Shown piece after piece: positions 50,801 through 63,500 of a stretch of DNA of 64,000 nucleotides (positions are counted from its first letter, which is position 1; the number at the start of each line of letters is the position of its first letter). The position numbers and the translations under genes were made by a program. The DNA comes from Yuukianura sp. NJ FZ-2021 (lineage: Eukaryota), in NCBI GenBank assembly GCA_046563655.1, contig CM102285.1:8060001-8124000 (forward strand), written 5' to 3'. The notes below the pieces were generated by a model that saw only the letters and a program-made list of their open reading frames with translations, was not told the DNA's origin and searched no databases.

Positions 50801-53676
50801 CAAAATGGAAATACGAGCTGGAAAAGTTTTTAAAAAACTTTTCAGAGTTTTCGAAATAATGGTTTTAAATGTTTTCTTACAAAGTCCTTTTGACCCGACT
50901 TCCATAGCAAGGGAAAAGACGATAAGGGTGACCCCAGCCAAGGTCAACGCCACTTCGATGCCCGGAAAGGTCATGTCTGACAGTCCATATTCCACTGTCA
51001 GGTTTTTTTGTCCCAGAATGTAACCACTGCAATTAAAAAGAGTCAGATAAATGCGAGTCACTAAATTTTTTTTTAAAGTCCCGTTAGCAATTAAAAAATT
51101 CTCTCCGTTGGTACAAAAGATACCCGGAGATAATTGAAATAAGTAGAGTCATTGGGCATTTTTGTATCCATAATGGGCACTACTCATTGTTACTCGAATG
51201 AGTTTCATAAATTTGAAATGTGCCTCCACTGAACAATGTGTAGGTGATCTCATTAAAATCCACTGTTGTCCTGTTAATGAGGGCGGCATTCATTAGGAAT
51301 TCATTCCCAAAGATGTCAATGTAAACTCCAAGGAGCTTTCCATGGCCTCGAACAAAAGAGTATCCGCTTTGACCGGAAACGAAATTCCGAAAAAATTACG
51401 AATCTAATGATAAACAGAAATTTTATATAAATTGTGATCAGGACTTTTTGGCGTTCTTTCATTTCTGAGTGAAACTTTGTAATAGAAAGTGCCAAAAAGT
51501 GAAAGTCTAACTGCAACTTGAAATGAAAATATCTACCCCATTGATTATTTCGTTCGCTACGATCCTCGTCATCTTATCCGCAGTAAGAGGCTAAAATTTT
51601 CTTAAGGTTTTTAGGAATGTTGAATTGAATAAAATTGCAATTTGATCAATTATTAGGTGCAATGTGCCGTTGAGGATTCTGTAGATTGTAGGAAAGTGAT
51701 GATGATAATTGCTAAAAAGCAGCTCAAGGTTTTCGGAGAATGCTCCAGGGACATGAGAGCAGAAATTGCGGATCCCACGGAATACCAAGCCAAAATTCAG
51801 GTAAAAGCGATTGGTTTTTAAAAATAAACGAACATTCACTGAAAACGGAATGCGTCAGTTTTTAAGCAGTTATTTTGTTATGCTTTAAAAAAGCATCATT
51901 TTTAATTTAAACTTCAAACGTTAATGTTGCAATGTGCCAGGAACACAAAACTGTTTGTTATGTGAATGTTTTTCTCTTACCTAAAAATATCTTGCGTTTT
52001 TTCAGTGTGTCGTTAGATGTGCAATGCAGAGGGAGAAAATGGTGAGTTATTACCGTAATGTTGTGTTAACTAACTTTGAAATGTTTTTTAAAAGTTTTTT
52101 AAAACTTAATTCTTAGCTTGACGAAAACAGTCAACTGACTAAAGCTTCTGTTCAAATGTTCATGGACACCAACGTCCCCAAGATGTTCCACGAAATTGGT
52201 CACATGTTCATGGACAACTGTCTAGCTACATTCGGTAACATGCCGACATGACAAGTGATATACAAAATTCACCTGATGCTTTTTAAAACTAAAATTTTGA
52301 TTGTGATCTCTAGATGGCAAATTTGATGTAAGTGATCCTCATTGCAAGACTTATGGTGATTTTATCAAGTGCATGCAGGAAAAAATTGGAGACGTAAGTT
52401 TTTCACGCATTGTTATGAAGTTTATGAAAATTGTTGTGAATTGTAAATTTCGCACGCTAACCCTAATTTTTTGTTTAGATTTGCTAGTCTACGACGGTCA
52501 TTGATTCCGGACTATTCCATATTTCCATCAAAATAAAAATTCTCTTTGAGGATAACCTAATTAATTTAACTTTTTAGCGTGTCAATAAAACAATGTTTGG
52601 TCATTACCGGAAGTACTCAGAATTTGAGTCATTGCGTGACGGGTTGTAACGACGAATGCTGTCGAAGGGGATGCAGGTCTTTGAGGTCCACGTTTTGTTA
52701 CAACTCATCCAGTCGTAGTCATGGTCTCCAAAAATTGAGCGTCCCACTGCAACCACGTAGCTTATGGCCCACGTCGTCATCACGTTGTCAAAAAATGTCG
52801 TAAAGAAGTTGAGAAGTAGGAAGCAGAAGCCGAGTCCTTCAGAAAAGTACTTAAAACTTAACTTCTAGCTTGATTCACTGCGCATAAACGCTGCGCTTAA
52901 TCACTGCGCATAAGCAGCAGAATTGGTTACCTTTGAACAGTGGCGAGATTTTCCATGCCGCCAGGGATCCGCTTCGGGTAAACTGGCCCACTATGGCTTC
53001 CAGAAAACAGCAAGGGAATGCACATAGCATGGCCATTAGTAGGTACATTACGAGGAACGTAGCTGAAAATGTGAGATGCTTTGAGTCGTACCGAGGTCAA
53101 GGTCATAGTTAAAACTTTGGTTGTTGTCAAGTTACTCACCCCCTCCATAACTGGCACAGAGAAATGGACACCGAATGACATTGCTAACGTTGAATGTGAA
53201 CCCGAGGGAAGTAACTGTCCAGTCCCAATTTGCCCAAATGTAGCGTCCCTGTGTCGTTGGATACACTTGCATCGGAGATTGTATTTCTATTCAACAAAAC
53301 AGGTTCACTGACGCATGCGCACCGTCTAACCTCTACTCTGCTTACATAATAAAGCGTTTGGACATACCGGCAGGTTCTTCCTTGATTTCGACAGGGTCCA
53401 AGATGGAAGGCACTTCTTGAAGGCGAAGTGCTGAAGGTGCCGATCCAAAAAACGGTCTGGAAATACTTTGTTTCATGTGCAGAATCGGCTCTGGAAGGAA
53501 ATCATAACCATTAAGTTGTAGTTTGAACGTCAATGGATGTCAAATATTTTTGTGAGGGAGGTTACGCAACTTGTTCTGGAAATAGACATGGAGGCTTTCT
53601 GCATTCTTCTGGTAGCATCGCTGAGTCGGCGCCCAGAATTCAAAGCTGCACTATGTCGACGAGCAGCCGTTGCCAT
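47874..53676 (-). CDS. Highly divergent full-length SLC6 (Na+:neurotransmitter symporter) family member, about 13 exons
   Basis: Hand-spliced: GRYIWANWDW..LGFTFNVSNVIRCPFLCASYGG (TM1), FLEAIVGQFTRSG..WKISPLFKGLG (TM2), EL2 WMSCNKTWTSKTC..EYF, LPGGSDGVNHFLKPDW..AWLDAA, ASYNPF, FLEVTVLAWVVG, WWKFVIP; frames join at GT-AG sites. First-exon join is least certain. Confidence 0.85.
49090..49802. mobile_element. Foldback/Mutator-like MITE in an intron of the divergent SLC6 gene
   Basis: Long inverted arms starting CAGGTCATAACCGACAATCC and built of tandem AATCGACAAT units; 9-bp direct repeat CTTCGTATT on both flanks (49081-49089, 49803-49811); central CCGCGCC-GAA-GGCGCGG hairpin between two ~32-bp direct repeats. 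Confidence 0.88.
51424..51431 (+). promoter_or_regulatory. TATA box of the nested OBP gene
   Basis: TATATAAA about 100 bp upstream of OBP ATG (51523); AATAAA follows the stop at about 52532. Confidence 0.55.
51523..52487 (+). CDS. Odorant-binding protein (PBP/GOBP fold), 6 small exons, nested antisense in an SLC6 intron
   Basis: Spliced product MKISTPLIISFATILVILSAVQCAVEDSVDCRKVMMIIAKKQLKVFGECSRDMRAEIADPTEYQAKIQCVVRCAMQREKMLDENSQLTKASVQMFMDTNVPKMFHEIGHMFMDNCLATFDGKFDVSDPHCKTYGDFIKCMQEKIGDIC*: signal peptide, C-X3-C and C-X8-C spacing, all introns GT-AG and in frame. Confidence 0.85.
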
Positions 53677-55229
53677 TTTGCTAAACGATATCAAAGGAAG
53701 AAAGCTGGTTAAGCAATGGACTTTGGTTCCGACTTGTCAGAAGATAGATGTGTCCAATTTCAATGTTCAGGCACAGAAAAGAAACAAATTAGTTGTTTGG
53801 CCCACGCCCAAATAATAATTGAGCAAACAGCTCACATTCGACATGGAGACATAACTTTATTTTAAAAAAAATAAATAAAATGAGTAAAGATGAAATAAGA
53901 TTCGTGAATTCATTTACTTTCTTCAAAGAAGACTTTCTCCGTTTCTTGTAATTTTAATGTTTTTCCTTGACATGTTTGGTTAAGTCTTATTCACTGAATT
54001 TGAGTGGAGTCATTTTTTGTTCGAATAATTTAATTCACGTTAACTTAATTTAAAAATAAGTGCAGACCTAACGTGAAAGTTAAGTTCAGGGTAAAAGGAA
54101 GGTTCTATTGCGTGCTTCTAACTCGAGTCAATTAATTTGTTCTAAACGCGAACTGTTTCTAAAAACTTTGTGTCTAACATGTCAAACGGTAGGGTTTTTT
54201 TTTCTTTTTTGGAAGTAATTTTTAGAAACTTTTGTGAAAGAAGAAACGATTTGCTCTTTTTGTTTTCTGGTCACATGAAAATGAATTTTGGTTTGATGCA
54301 TTTGGATAGAATATCCTAACAAACCTAGTTACTAAACGAAGGCTTTATAAACTTTAGTTTTGTTGCTGCTTTTTGAAAAATTTCTAATAAATCAACGTAT
54401 TTCAGTTGACACATGAATCGCTGTTGTAATGTTGATGTTCATTTTGAGTTGAAATGTCAGAGGTCATCAATTTCAATGAAATCGGAACTGGGTGTTATTA
54501 GAGTACAAAAGCCACAACGGAAAGTTAAGCGTAGGAAGGGGTGGAATTTCAGTTCGTTTGGCTTAACCAGAATAAAATGAAACACAAAAGTAAGATGTGC
54601 GTTTCAAATTAGATGAAAACGGTGAAACTCCACATCGCTCAAATAAAACTTCGGAACTTTGCAGATCTTGCAGCTTGATTTCGATGAGAAAAAAGTGAGT
54701 GGAGTATTTGTGAGAATAAAATTACTAAAACTAAAATGAAAAAAAAAATGTAAGAAATTGTTTTCCGCCCAATTTCCAAACTTTTGTTTTTTGATAAAAC
54801 TAAAAAAAAATTAGGTTTTTAGAGCATAACTGACTTGCAGTTTTTTCTATTTCATTTCTGCAGGTACAATAATTAAAATTTAACGTGCTAATTAAGATTT
54901 AATTTTAGGAGCATTTTAAGTGCTTCAATTTTATACTACTTTAGTAGCAACTTACAATTGCTTCGATTAACAAGGGTGTTATATTTTTTGGCTAATTTAA
55001 ATTTATTAACTAGATTTGATTAAGTATTTTGTACTGCCGTGTTTTCCAGTGTGACGATTAGGAGAACTAACTCACAATCCGAGTCAATTGCAGGTTTTCA
55101 CCTATCAAAAATGGCAAAAACTGAACTCAATTGGTTTTATTTCGAGCTAAATATGTAAAACGTACCTCAGAATCCAGCTGAGGTGGTGAATTTGTAGTAA
55201 AACGTAACACGATATCTTTACTCTCCATT

Positions 55230-56652
55230 TTACCAAATGTATAACCAATGTGGCAACCGAAACCGTTTCACGTAGCCTTCATTCTTGATGACATCGTGCT
55301 CATTCAGAGGAGTAATGGAATAGGCCAATTTCTAAAAATTAAAAAGAGTAAAAACATTTTGAGCAAAATTTTAAATCAAAAAACTTACCCTTTTACATGA
55401 GCCTGGAAATTGAACAAGTTCGACCAGTGCCAAGATGGGTACGAGTGTAATTGGAATGAAAGTGAAGACGATACCGAAGTTTTGAGCCCACGTAGGGTAT
55501 ACGTACTTGTCATATCTAAGTTTTTCGGCATTAATCAAGTCCAACAGAATGATACTCTAAGCGAAATCAAAATTTATTAAACCGATTTCAGAAAAAATCG
55601 TTTTTCAAAATACCTCATGTGGAAAGTGAACTCACGGCAATTAGAATGGGGCTGACAAATTTCCAACAGATTCTCCAGAAAAGACCTGGAGGTGACCCAA
55701 GCATTGCTCCTGCGTCTTTACAGAGTTGATCAAGGCCTGCGAAAAATTTATAACAAAACTATGCTACAAACGAAAGAACAATTTTTTTTTTTGCAAATTC
55801 GAAAATTAAATTGTTAGAAGATCAATTCATAAAATCTCTTCATTGTTTCATTCACCGTAAACCCAAGAAACTGCTAGAACCTCAAACAGAACAGCCAGAA
55901 GGAGTGAGATTCCTGCAGCGTACGAGTCTAGGAAAGTATAGGTGTACATTCCTCCCTAGAAGAAGGTCAGAGGTCAAACGTAATATGAATTCAATTTGTG
56001 ACATGCATAATCATAGGGCGTTTCCGACACTTACCTTGGTGATGTTGATGATGCTGACTAGAAACGAACTCATCACAATCCCCGCTTTGAACCATTCTTT
56101 TCGATGCTTCTTCCCTCGAAACCACTTTTTAAATTCGTCAGTGAGACCCGTGATTACGCATTCGAGGCCACCCATCTACAAGCAAAGAATTCGTCAGTTT
56201 CCACTTCATAGATGACACTGTCCATTCGGAAGCACAGTGGTGGACCAAACCGTGCCGGGATGTAAATTAAGGCAATTGTTTTGGAGGGACGACAGACATT
56301 GTCTGTGGATTTCTTACCGCAGAATCAATACCCAGCATGATGAGCATCAGGAAAAACAGGATTGACCATAAGTTGGCGGCTGGTAAACTTCCAATAGCTT
56401 CTGGATAAACTTCGAACACTAGTCCGGGACCTGGGATCACAATGCAGAAAACTCCAAATTTGTTTGAGTGATTTTAGAAATTTAGTATTTGAATAAAAAT
56501 TCAGAAAATTAGAAAACTTGAGCTTACCGATGGCTACAACGTCCGCGATGTTTCGGTTCTGTGTGTAGGCCATTGACCCCAGAAATGTGAAAATGACAAA
56601 ACCAGCGAAGATGCTTGTAAAGCAGTTGACGAAGGAAGTGATGATACAATCT
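55230..56652 (-). CDS. Monoamine (octopamine/tyramine, NET/DAT clade) SLC6 transporter, 3' half (TM7 to C-terminus); 5' exons not visible (gap)
   Basis: [80 protein letters not shown] and C-tail [19 protein letters not shown] resembling NET/vertebrate DAT/insect OAT. Confidence 0.85.
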
Positions 56653-56754
56653 CTGTGTACAACAGTTTTCAATTTAAAGTTTCATTTCTCATTGATATAC
56701 ATTTTTCATTTTTAGCATGTTTGTACCTGAAGCAGTTATTATGAAAGCTATTGT

Positions 56755-56853
56755 NNNNNNNNNNNNNNNNNNNNNNNNNNNNNNNNNNNNNNNNNNNNNN
56801 NNNNNNNNNNNNNNNNNNNNNNNNNNNNNNNNNNNNNNNNNNNNNNNNNNNNN
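56755..56853. other. Assembly gap (run of N)
   Basis: 99 consecutive N. Confidence 1.
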
Positions 56854-58811
56854 NGCTTTGTGTTCACACGCACATGATCAAACCCATAACACTCATCAGA
56901 CCGGTATCTTGATTAAAGGAGGGGTATGGTCGAATAGCATATCCGCAGTTGCTATTAATTCGGGGCAAGTTCAATCAGTCCTCAACTACTCAGAGGCTCA
57001 TGGCAGGTTATCTGACTTCTCCTTTCTTCAATCACATGGGTACCACCCATATAAGCAACCATTGTCCAGTAGACCACGTCAAAATTCGAACAACATTACT
57101 GAATCAATTTACATTGGTGGAGTCGAGCATATCAGTAACACGGATTCCTCTAATCAACCAAATCTTACTCTAAAAAACCGATTCCTTGGTACCATACCAC
57201 GGAAGTTTACCACGTACAAATTATAACATCCATGAGAATCAGGATAGTTCCACAACGCAGTTGAATTTAGCTTAGGGCGGAAAAGTTGCTAGTTTTGGTT
57301 GGACTAGGTATTTCGTTTTGTCGAACAGTTCGGTATACTGAGTAGTAAGTGTTTGCTTAGGGTACGTAATCATCAGTTCTTTCCGACAGTGTTTGTGAAT
57401 ACTTTCGTTTATTTGTTTCGACAGAAAATGTAAAATTAACATTTCTCTTCTTTTAAGCAATTTACTTAATTTGATGTCCCTATACACTATTGTTGCCAGA
57501 TACTTTACACCAATTTTTCTATTTTCTCATTGTTATTATTATGATCAAATTTGCTTATGTACTTCTGGTAAGTATGTTTGTACGTAGGTGAAGTGGGATA
57601 TGATAGATTGACGACTTTTTATTAAACAAAAATCTTTATGCAAGGTCGAATGGGGTTTTCGTTGTTGTTACTTTCAAATTAAAACCCATCACATCCGGGA
57701 TTCAGCTTTTATTTACATCCATAGTTCAATGGTAGTTCTGCGCCTCCCAAGGTCACCACCCATACATCTCATGAACACCCCCATAGTTTTAATAATTTCA
57801 TTGGTTGAGGGTATACCCCAAGGAAATTCCCATTATAATTAAAGTAATAACTATCTGTAACCACCACTTCTACCTCCTCAGTCATATTTTGGCTTCTCTC
57901 CAGACATCATCACTTCTCCTCATCCTTAATTCTTCAAACAAATTTTATAGTTGTATTATAGTTGTAGATTGAGATTAATGAACTCAAAGCTGTGGTGAGC
58001 GCTGCAGAAGGTAGGTTTCGTGTCCACTATCAAAACGCAACTCCGCAATTTTGTATGCGTGGATTGCTGTTTTAGCACATCCGGAAGCCTTCGAGACGGC
58101 TTGGGCGGAGGTTAGGTCATTCATCTCAACTTGCTGTTTCGAAAAAAACATGTGCGGGAACTTCCCCCCTAACTCCCTACTGAACACATTTAGTCGGGGG
58201 CAATTGTCCCCTCCTACTTTCTACTCCACGTGCAATGGTAACTTAGTCCCTCCTCTCCCGTGGGATAAGTTTCATCTTCTTCCTGCTACGCTCCTCCTCC
58301 CCCGTGAACTGGACTTTTTGTTCCAACACACGCATGATGCAGGGTCCTTAGTCTTCACGCACTCTACAGTAAAGGCCAACATCCAAGCTGCTGTTTATGC
58401 AACTTTGGTACCCTTGACGTGAATTCATAGTCGAAAAGAAAGTAAAGTAAAAATTTAATTAAAAGTATCATTGTGTGTGAAAGTTGAATCCCCCCTTAAC
58501 ATAACCCTAATCAAAAAATCAAATTTGTATGTGAAATTTGTACACAATGTCTCTATGTGACTAAGTGAATCTCCCCACCCCACCCCAAGTGAAAGTGATC
58601 TAGGGCTTATGGACCGCAAACAACTTGATGTTAACAGTCGATGGTATGATATTTTATGTATGTCTCATTGTGTAAACTTTAAGATAAAAGTCAAATATAC
58701 GTAAACTAGTAATAAACCGAAGATACAGACAAGTTTTTAGCCAGTTTGTTGATCAATCTTGACTATAATTGAAACTCCAAGTCATTTTACGACAAACCTA
58801 TGGTACAACGA

Positions 58812-58880
58812 AACTAGAGTCTACGATCCGTCTTCCGCCGGGTTGTCTGTCCTTCTGTCCGTTTGTCTGTCTGTCTGTCT
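58812..58880. repeat. GTCY microsatellite tract, possibly part of a DINE-1/Helitron-like element
   Basis: GTCTGTCCTTCTGTCCGTTTGTCTGTCTGTCTGTCT at about 58846-58880. Confidence 0.3.
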
Positions 58881-59096
58881 TTCATAGAAGTCCGCTTCTC
58901 ATAAAAAAAAATTACGTGTGTCATTCTGTCCACCGCTGCCACTATAAAATTAGTGTATATGAAAGTATCCACCGCGAGAAGTAAAATGAGACAATTATAT
59001 TTTTCCTGATTTTGATTACAGGTATTCTGAAGTAGCAAAAGCCCATTTTATGGTGAACTAATTTGAAAACAAATTTGATTCTCGGCAATCAAAATT

Positions 59097-60115
59097 ATGA
59101 GTCATTTTTACGGTCGCGATGTATTTATTGGGTATCCCAGCCCCAGTGGAGATACAAGCGATTATGTCTCCGCTCATTCGTCTGACCCGCCAACTATTCT
59201 AAGCCACGACATCACTACTTTCAATGATCTTGTGCGCTTTGGCTACAATGCTGAGCATTATGAGGATCTCACCCCCGAGCCACTGGTAAACGACGAAGAT
59301 GAGACAGTCCGTGTCTCATCTCCAGCAGATACAGAAGTGTTGGATGATGAGATTCAACCGGTTATGGCCTGGTTGTTAGACACCCTAGACAAAAAAGTAT
59401 TTACGTTACCAGTGTCCTGTCCTGTATCTACAATTGGCATCGTCCTGGATGCAGAACAAAATCCCCTCGGTGTTCGTAACCACCTTCCTCCAATTCCACT
59501 GGGTGTCGATGAACTCATGTCTCATACTCTCCCTTGTTCTGTGCCCCTAGATGACTGCACGATAGGACTCCGTGCAATGACCCCTACATCTGCTCCGCCT
59601 ATATCGATTTCCAAACTGTCTGTTGGGAGTTTAAAGTCCAAAAATTATCCCCCATCTAAAAAAAGCCTTACAACCCGCGAAAAAACAGTATCGTTTCTGA
59701 TTCGGAGGATGAAATTCCTCAAACCTCTGGGATACCCGAAAAAAATTCTCCGCCTAAACCATCGACGCCCCACGAACTACGTCCTCGACGTGAAATCGTC
59801 TATACAGAGCGTGGGAGGTCTCCTGTAGCGCATAGCTCCCATGTCGTTAAACGCGGAAAATCAAACCGTAGAAGGGTAGACCCTAGTATCGAGCCGCCGT
59901 TTGATTTGAACGATATCGAAACGGAAGATGACACTCATAGTGAATCCTTAACCTACATACGGAAAACTGAGGCTTCAGTGTTCATGAAGTGGAAGCGTGA
60001 ACTCACAACTAAAAAGTGTAGCCTGACCCGTTGGCCGTATGAGCCCGTTGTTGCCTACTGCCTTGCCCGTAAATTAACAACTGATCTCTGCGGGAGTTTT
60101 TTTTTGATGCTCTGA
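59097..60115 (+). pseudogene. Unassigned ORF split by an apparent 1-nt frameshift
   Basis: ORF 59097-59828; the -1 frame opens at the A7 run 59658-59664 and continues without stop to 60115. No recognised domain. Confidence 0.35.
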
Positions 60116-60531
60116 AGCCAACCCTTCGACCAAAAACTTGGACCAAACAAGTAAGTAAAATTGTATGCAAGCATGCCTAATTTGATCAATATTATACAAT
60201 GTTCTATGTAATACGGCTGAGTGACAAATGCGTAGTTGGCTTTTTCAAGGCTGTAACTCAGTCTATAGATGAAATTAGCTTTTTTCTAAACTTTCTTTGA
60301 CATTGGATCACGGAGCGTTTAACCGACTGCGTCCACAAACGCGAAAAAAACGACATTACTTATTGTTTCAATGTAAGTCCGCGTCCTATAGATGCGATTA
60401 TTGTGTTTTGTTGGTATTTCAGTTAATTTTCTTACTAATGTACTAGTGGTTACTGGATAATGAAATAATATCAAGAATCACATTGGCTTCCTGGTGTGTG
60501 AACGCCATTTGGTCTGATCCCAAACTCAGTC

Positions 60532-63500
60532 ATGTCTCAGTCTCCAGTCATGTCTCAGTCTCTCAGCCAAACAGAGAACACGTATAGTTTTGTTACTGCA
60601 ACAGCCTTTACACATAATTGTGGAACACAAATTAGTAAATAATGGCTCCTGCAAGAAAAAGTTGGCAAAGGAAAGAGGACTAGAGAAGCTGGAGGAAAAG
60701 ACGACGAAGAGCAAGGGTCATCGCCAAAAAGGTCACATACTAGTGACACGTCACCAAAAGTGTTCAGACCGGTAGAAAACTTAACGCTCGCAAATATTGC
60801 TCAAATTGTACAAGATGGTGTACAACAAATTACTGGACAAGTTTCATCCCTTGTTAAGACTGTTGAAAATTTAGCTATGGAAGTAAAAGAAACCAAACAA
60901 AGAGTCACAAAACTGGAAGAGTTAAGTTACAGTGCTGACGTTAAGTGGAAGGAACTGCAAAGATGTGTGGAAACAGTGGACCTACAATCTCGAAAACTAA
61001 ATCTGGTGATCCTGGGCTTAAATGAATCAGTGGCAGAAACAGAAATTGAACTAAAGTTGGCAGTGTCAAAATTCATCAAAGATGTACTTGAGGTACAAAA
61101 TCGAATTGAAATTGACACCTGTTTTCGATTTGGAAAAAGATTTGGAGACAAACCAAGAAAGGTCAAGGTCAAATTTACGAAACAACATGATCGGAACGTA
61201 GTGTTTGGTGCCAGAGAAATCTTATTTCAGAAGAAAATCAGCATTTACGTGAACGAAGATTTGCCACAAGTTACTATGGACAGAAGGCGGATGCTGCGGG
61301 ACGAGGCTAACAAGGCAAGAATACTTGGGAAGAGGTCAAAGGTCGTGGGAGATAGGCTCATTGTAAATGGAGTCGCATTCAATATTGGCTCTAATGGAAA
61401 TCTGGAAACGGACGAGACATCCCCACCACAATTGGAAAGACACAGTATGATTGAAATGGATTACAAGGTTCAATGCCAACCAACAGTGGATATCGCAATG
61501 CTGTTCTAAGACGAAGCAACGAAAATCAGGTTCAAGGACAAACACAACAAACTGTGGAAACAATGGAAGAAGAAGGAGGAAACTGACTAAATAAGTGTAA
61601 GAATCTCGTAAAACACACAACTAAAATAGGTCATTTAAATGTAAGGTCAGTTAATGAGAAGTGCTATGAGATAGATAATATTTTGACGGTTGAAAAGTTG
61701 GAAGTGCTTGGTTTGTCTGAAACGTGGCTAAAGGAAAATATGCAAATAGTAATTCCAAAAAACTACAATTTTTTGAGAAAAGACAGGGAAAAAATTGGAG
61801 GGGGGGTTGGAATACTTTACAAGAAAAATCTAACAGTAAAAAAATGTGACTTCAAAACTGTAAATTTAAATATCCAACTTCACTAGAGCACATCTCTTAC
61901 AACTTTCAAGACGGTTTTGTCAAAAGTTTTATCGTATGTGTTGTTTACATACCAGATAAAAAATTGAACAGAAATGACCTTCATAATTTGGAAGAGATTT
62001 TAATGCAACTAAGTAAAACAAACAAAGTTTTTTGGGTTTTATGAGATTTCAACAGAGATCTTCTGGATTCAACTAACTACTCTTGTCAATTAATCTCAAT
62101 TGTTGAAGAAGAAGAACTTGTTAAAGAATCAACTAGAGATTTGGCATTATTGGACTTGATAATAACAAATTTCGAATGTGGAACAGAAATCAAAATTATA
62201 GACTATGGTGTTTCTGACCATGCATTGACAATGGTCAAATTTAACACTGTAAAATCAAAAAGGAAACAAATATTGATTGAATCTAGAGATTATTCGAAAA
62301 CCAAACCAAATTAAACTTAATGAAATTATGTTGGAAAAATTTAACGATTTTGAAGACTTTAAAGAAGTGAATAACATGCTGAATTTTGTCATTAATGAGA
62401 CCGTCGAAGTCTTCGACAGGGTGGCACCGATCACAAAAAAACGAAAAAACTCTGAAATAAAGCGTACAAATAAACCATCTTCAGAACTAACTAGCTTGAT
62501 TAAGCAGTGTGATGAAAAGTTCAAGACGCTGCGACGAACAGGTCTCGAAATACTAAAGGAAGACAAAAAAAATTAAAAAAGAGGTCAAAAAGTTGACAAA
62601 AAAAGAAATTCGACAAAGAATAGCCGAAAAGTTAAAAAACAGACGTTTGGACAACCTTAAAAAATGAATTAAATTTTGAACTAAAAAAAAGACAAACAAT
62701 GCCTAACGTAGACTTTGACATTAATGAATTAAATGAATTTTACATCAAAAATTCGTTTCCAGAGGATGTTGTTCCTTACAATACACTTGAGGACAATAAG
62801 ATCTGCAATATAAATGACGAATTGTTTGTTGTAAAGGAAATTAAAGCTTGTGAAGTAAAAAAAAACATGGAGAAAAATTAAGAATCGAAATTCAACTGTT
62901 GAAATAGATGGAATTAGTAAAAAAATGTTCAGTATACTGATGAGCTTTCCAAATTTTGTTCAGACTTTAACAAAATTTTGCAACTTGAGTTTGGCAAGCG
63001 GAGAAATACCAAAATTATTAAAAAGAACAAGAATTTGCCCCATCCCAAAAATTAAAGATGCAAGAAACTTTAAAGATTTTCGTCCGATTGGAATTTCGCA
63101 TTTTCTGTTGATTTTACTTGAAAAACTTTATGTGCAAAAATTTTTGGAACACTTAAAAAATAACAATTTGTCTCTAAGTGTCAATCAGTTTGGCTGTCGA
63201 AAAAATCATTCGACTGAACAGGCTATGATATACACTGTGGACAATATTAAAAAACAACTTGATTTGGGCAAAGTATGTTTAATGGTCAGCATTGACCTAA
63301 AAAATGCTTTTCCAACAGTACATAGAGAAAACTTTCTTAAAAAATTGAGGAAACAATTTAAAGTATCTGACTTTTGGTTACGGAGCTATTTTACAGACAG
63401 AACACAGTTTGTACAAATTGGCGACACTAAATCTGAGGAGAGGAATAATTTAACAGGTTTGATTCAAGGAAGTGTGTTGGGACCTATTTTTTTCACTTTC

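Noticed and set aside
51591..51839. Minus-strand ORF as an SLC6 exon
   Set aside because: It is the antisense shadow of OBP exon 2; the true TM3/EL2 exon lies at about 52608-52836 and splices in phase to 51026.
52720..52800. Apparent frameshift in the divergent SLC6 TM3 exon
   Set aside because: Recounting the A runs (5 and 6) gives a continuous frame.
56717..57487. ORFs flanking or spanning the N gap as the missing transporter 5' exons
   Set aside because: No SLC6 motifs; one ORF is an artefact of reading through Ns, the other may be a LINE remnant but is unsupported.
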